In this document: positions 62,540 through 64,000 of the stretch, in pieces
How the letters are laid out: every line of letters begins with the position of its first letter
Numbering within the stretch: the first letter of the stretch is position 1
From: Octopus vulgaris
Taxonomy: Eukaryota
Reading direction: 5' to 3'
Length of the DNA stretch: 64,000 bases
Assembly (NCBI GenBank): GCA_951406725.2
Contig: OX597818.1
Location: 110,794,001-110,858,000, forward strand
The notes under the pieces: generated by a model
Told to the model about the DNA's origin: nothing
Database searches by the model: none
What the model saw: the letters and a program-made list of their open reading frames with translations, nothing else
Made by a program: the position numbers and the translations under genes

Positions 62540-62890
62540 CATCTTGTGGCCATGCTAGCACATACTTCTCTCCTGCACACTATATCCAATGCCTTTTATG
62601 CCCCCAACACATTTGCACTTTGTTGTATATGCACATCCAGCAGAGCATGTTGGCTTTGTTTCTTTCAAGCTTTCACAGTCCATGTTTCACTGTCATGTAG
62701 CATAGCTGTTTGTACACAGGCATCGTGCAATCTACCTGAGAAGACGACCTTTGTAACTAACAAAGATAGCAGCTCTCTGAACTTTACTCAGCCAGTTCTT
62801 ATTCTAGCAACTACACTTTCAGAGCAATTCCCCCCACTTCTTATTTCATCACCCAGGTCACAAGAACTATCTACGACTTCAAAGGACCCC
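62540..62890 (-). mobile_element. Degraded RTE RT fragment
   Basis: Homologous to 11700-12030 (agcatagctgtt...gcagctctctgaactt...attctagcaactacactttcag). Confidence 0.7.
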
Positions 62891-64000
62891 CTCGAGCATT
62901 TGAGGAAACCTATTTGCTATGTTTTGATTCTGTATTTGGTTTACAAGATTCTTTATGTGAATTTGTGTGTTGAAGCATATTTTATTGCCTGTGGAGAGTC
63001 ATTCTCTTTTAATGCCTTATTAATTAACACACTCACTGGTTCAGTTTCCACTCATTTACTTTTTTTTTTCTAAAATTCTCACTGCTTCTTGCAACTTAGA
63101 AATAAATAAATAAGTGGAAATTGAACTGGTGAGTGTGTTAATAAGGCATTGAAACAGAATGACTCTTTCCAGACACAACAAAATATTCACTATGGGTTCG
63201 CAGTCTTTAAAAGAGCACCATTCTTTTCTACTTGAGGCACAAGGCCTGAAATTTTGGGGGAGGGAGACTGTCGATAAGACCGACCCCGGTACACAACTGG
63301 TACTTAATTTATCAACCCCAAAAGGATGAAAGGCAAAGTTGACCTCAGCAGAATTCGAACTAAGAGTACCATTGCCAAAGAACTGCAAGTGTTGGGAACG
63401 GACTATGAGGACATTCGATACAAGTTGTGTGTACTAAGCAAAGGCCAATTCATGTCTGCAAGGACACAGGAAATCCTTTTGATCATCTGTGCTGAATAAT
63501 TACTTGAAAGGTTAAAACCTGTTGTGAATATGGCATGCTTTGGTTCTTTTGATGAGAAAAACTAAGAGAAGAAATGACTGAGGGTTGCGCAGATCCTTTT
63601 AATGTGCAAGTAGTGATGCACACTATTTCCAGTAATTGTGATGGTTTTTGAAGTGGTGAGTTACAAAGGTCGTGTCATGCTACCACATACATTTCCTCAG
63701 GGTCCTAGAATTAATGATGGTGTCACACAGCTGGCACATAAAATGCACTTTTTAAGCATTGGGCTTCACGGTGGCAAAGTGGCTGAGCTCATTTCAAGTG
63801 TTTAGTCTCACGGAGGCAATGACCAAGACCTTTGGCATTGTCATGCTTGAGAAGAAGACCTATCGAAACAAATAAAACCACAGTTGTGGCAGATAGCAGC
63901 ATCATGCAAAGGGCATCCATGCTAGTGGCACATAAAATCACGCATTACACTCATGGACTGGTTGGTATTAGGAAGGGCATCAATCTGTAGAAGTCATAGA

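Overview
AT-rich, repeat-dense animal genomic DNA; the SINE/LINE complement suggests an octopus or other coleoid cephalopod (inference). The one clear host gene is SCYL2 (SCY1-like pseudokinase 2) on the minus strand. Nine complete coding exons (453 codons, all GT-AG and phase-consistent) run from the ATG at 35980 down to 3490, and a tenth exon is cut by the window edge at 1-19. A candidate non-coding first exon and promoter lies near 45.6-45.9 kb. The rest is mostly transposon debris: RTE LINEs and their (GAT)n-tailed 3' UTR fragments, a near-complete but broken CR1-group ORF2, two tRNA-derived SINE families, Penelope-like remnants, Helitrons, mariner fragments, nested MITEs and long (TA)n tracts. 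I see no new multi-gene system. The most notable signals are minimal hammerhead-ribozyme motifs in three or four unrelated Penelope-like repeats, a SINE and its likely partner LINE sharing a covarying 3' hairpin, a PHD-type finger inside an RTE reverse transcriptase, and several template-switch inversions that form long hairpins.
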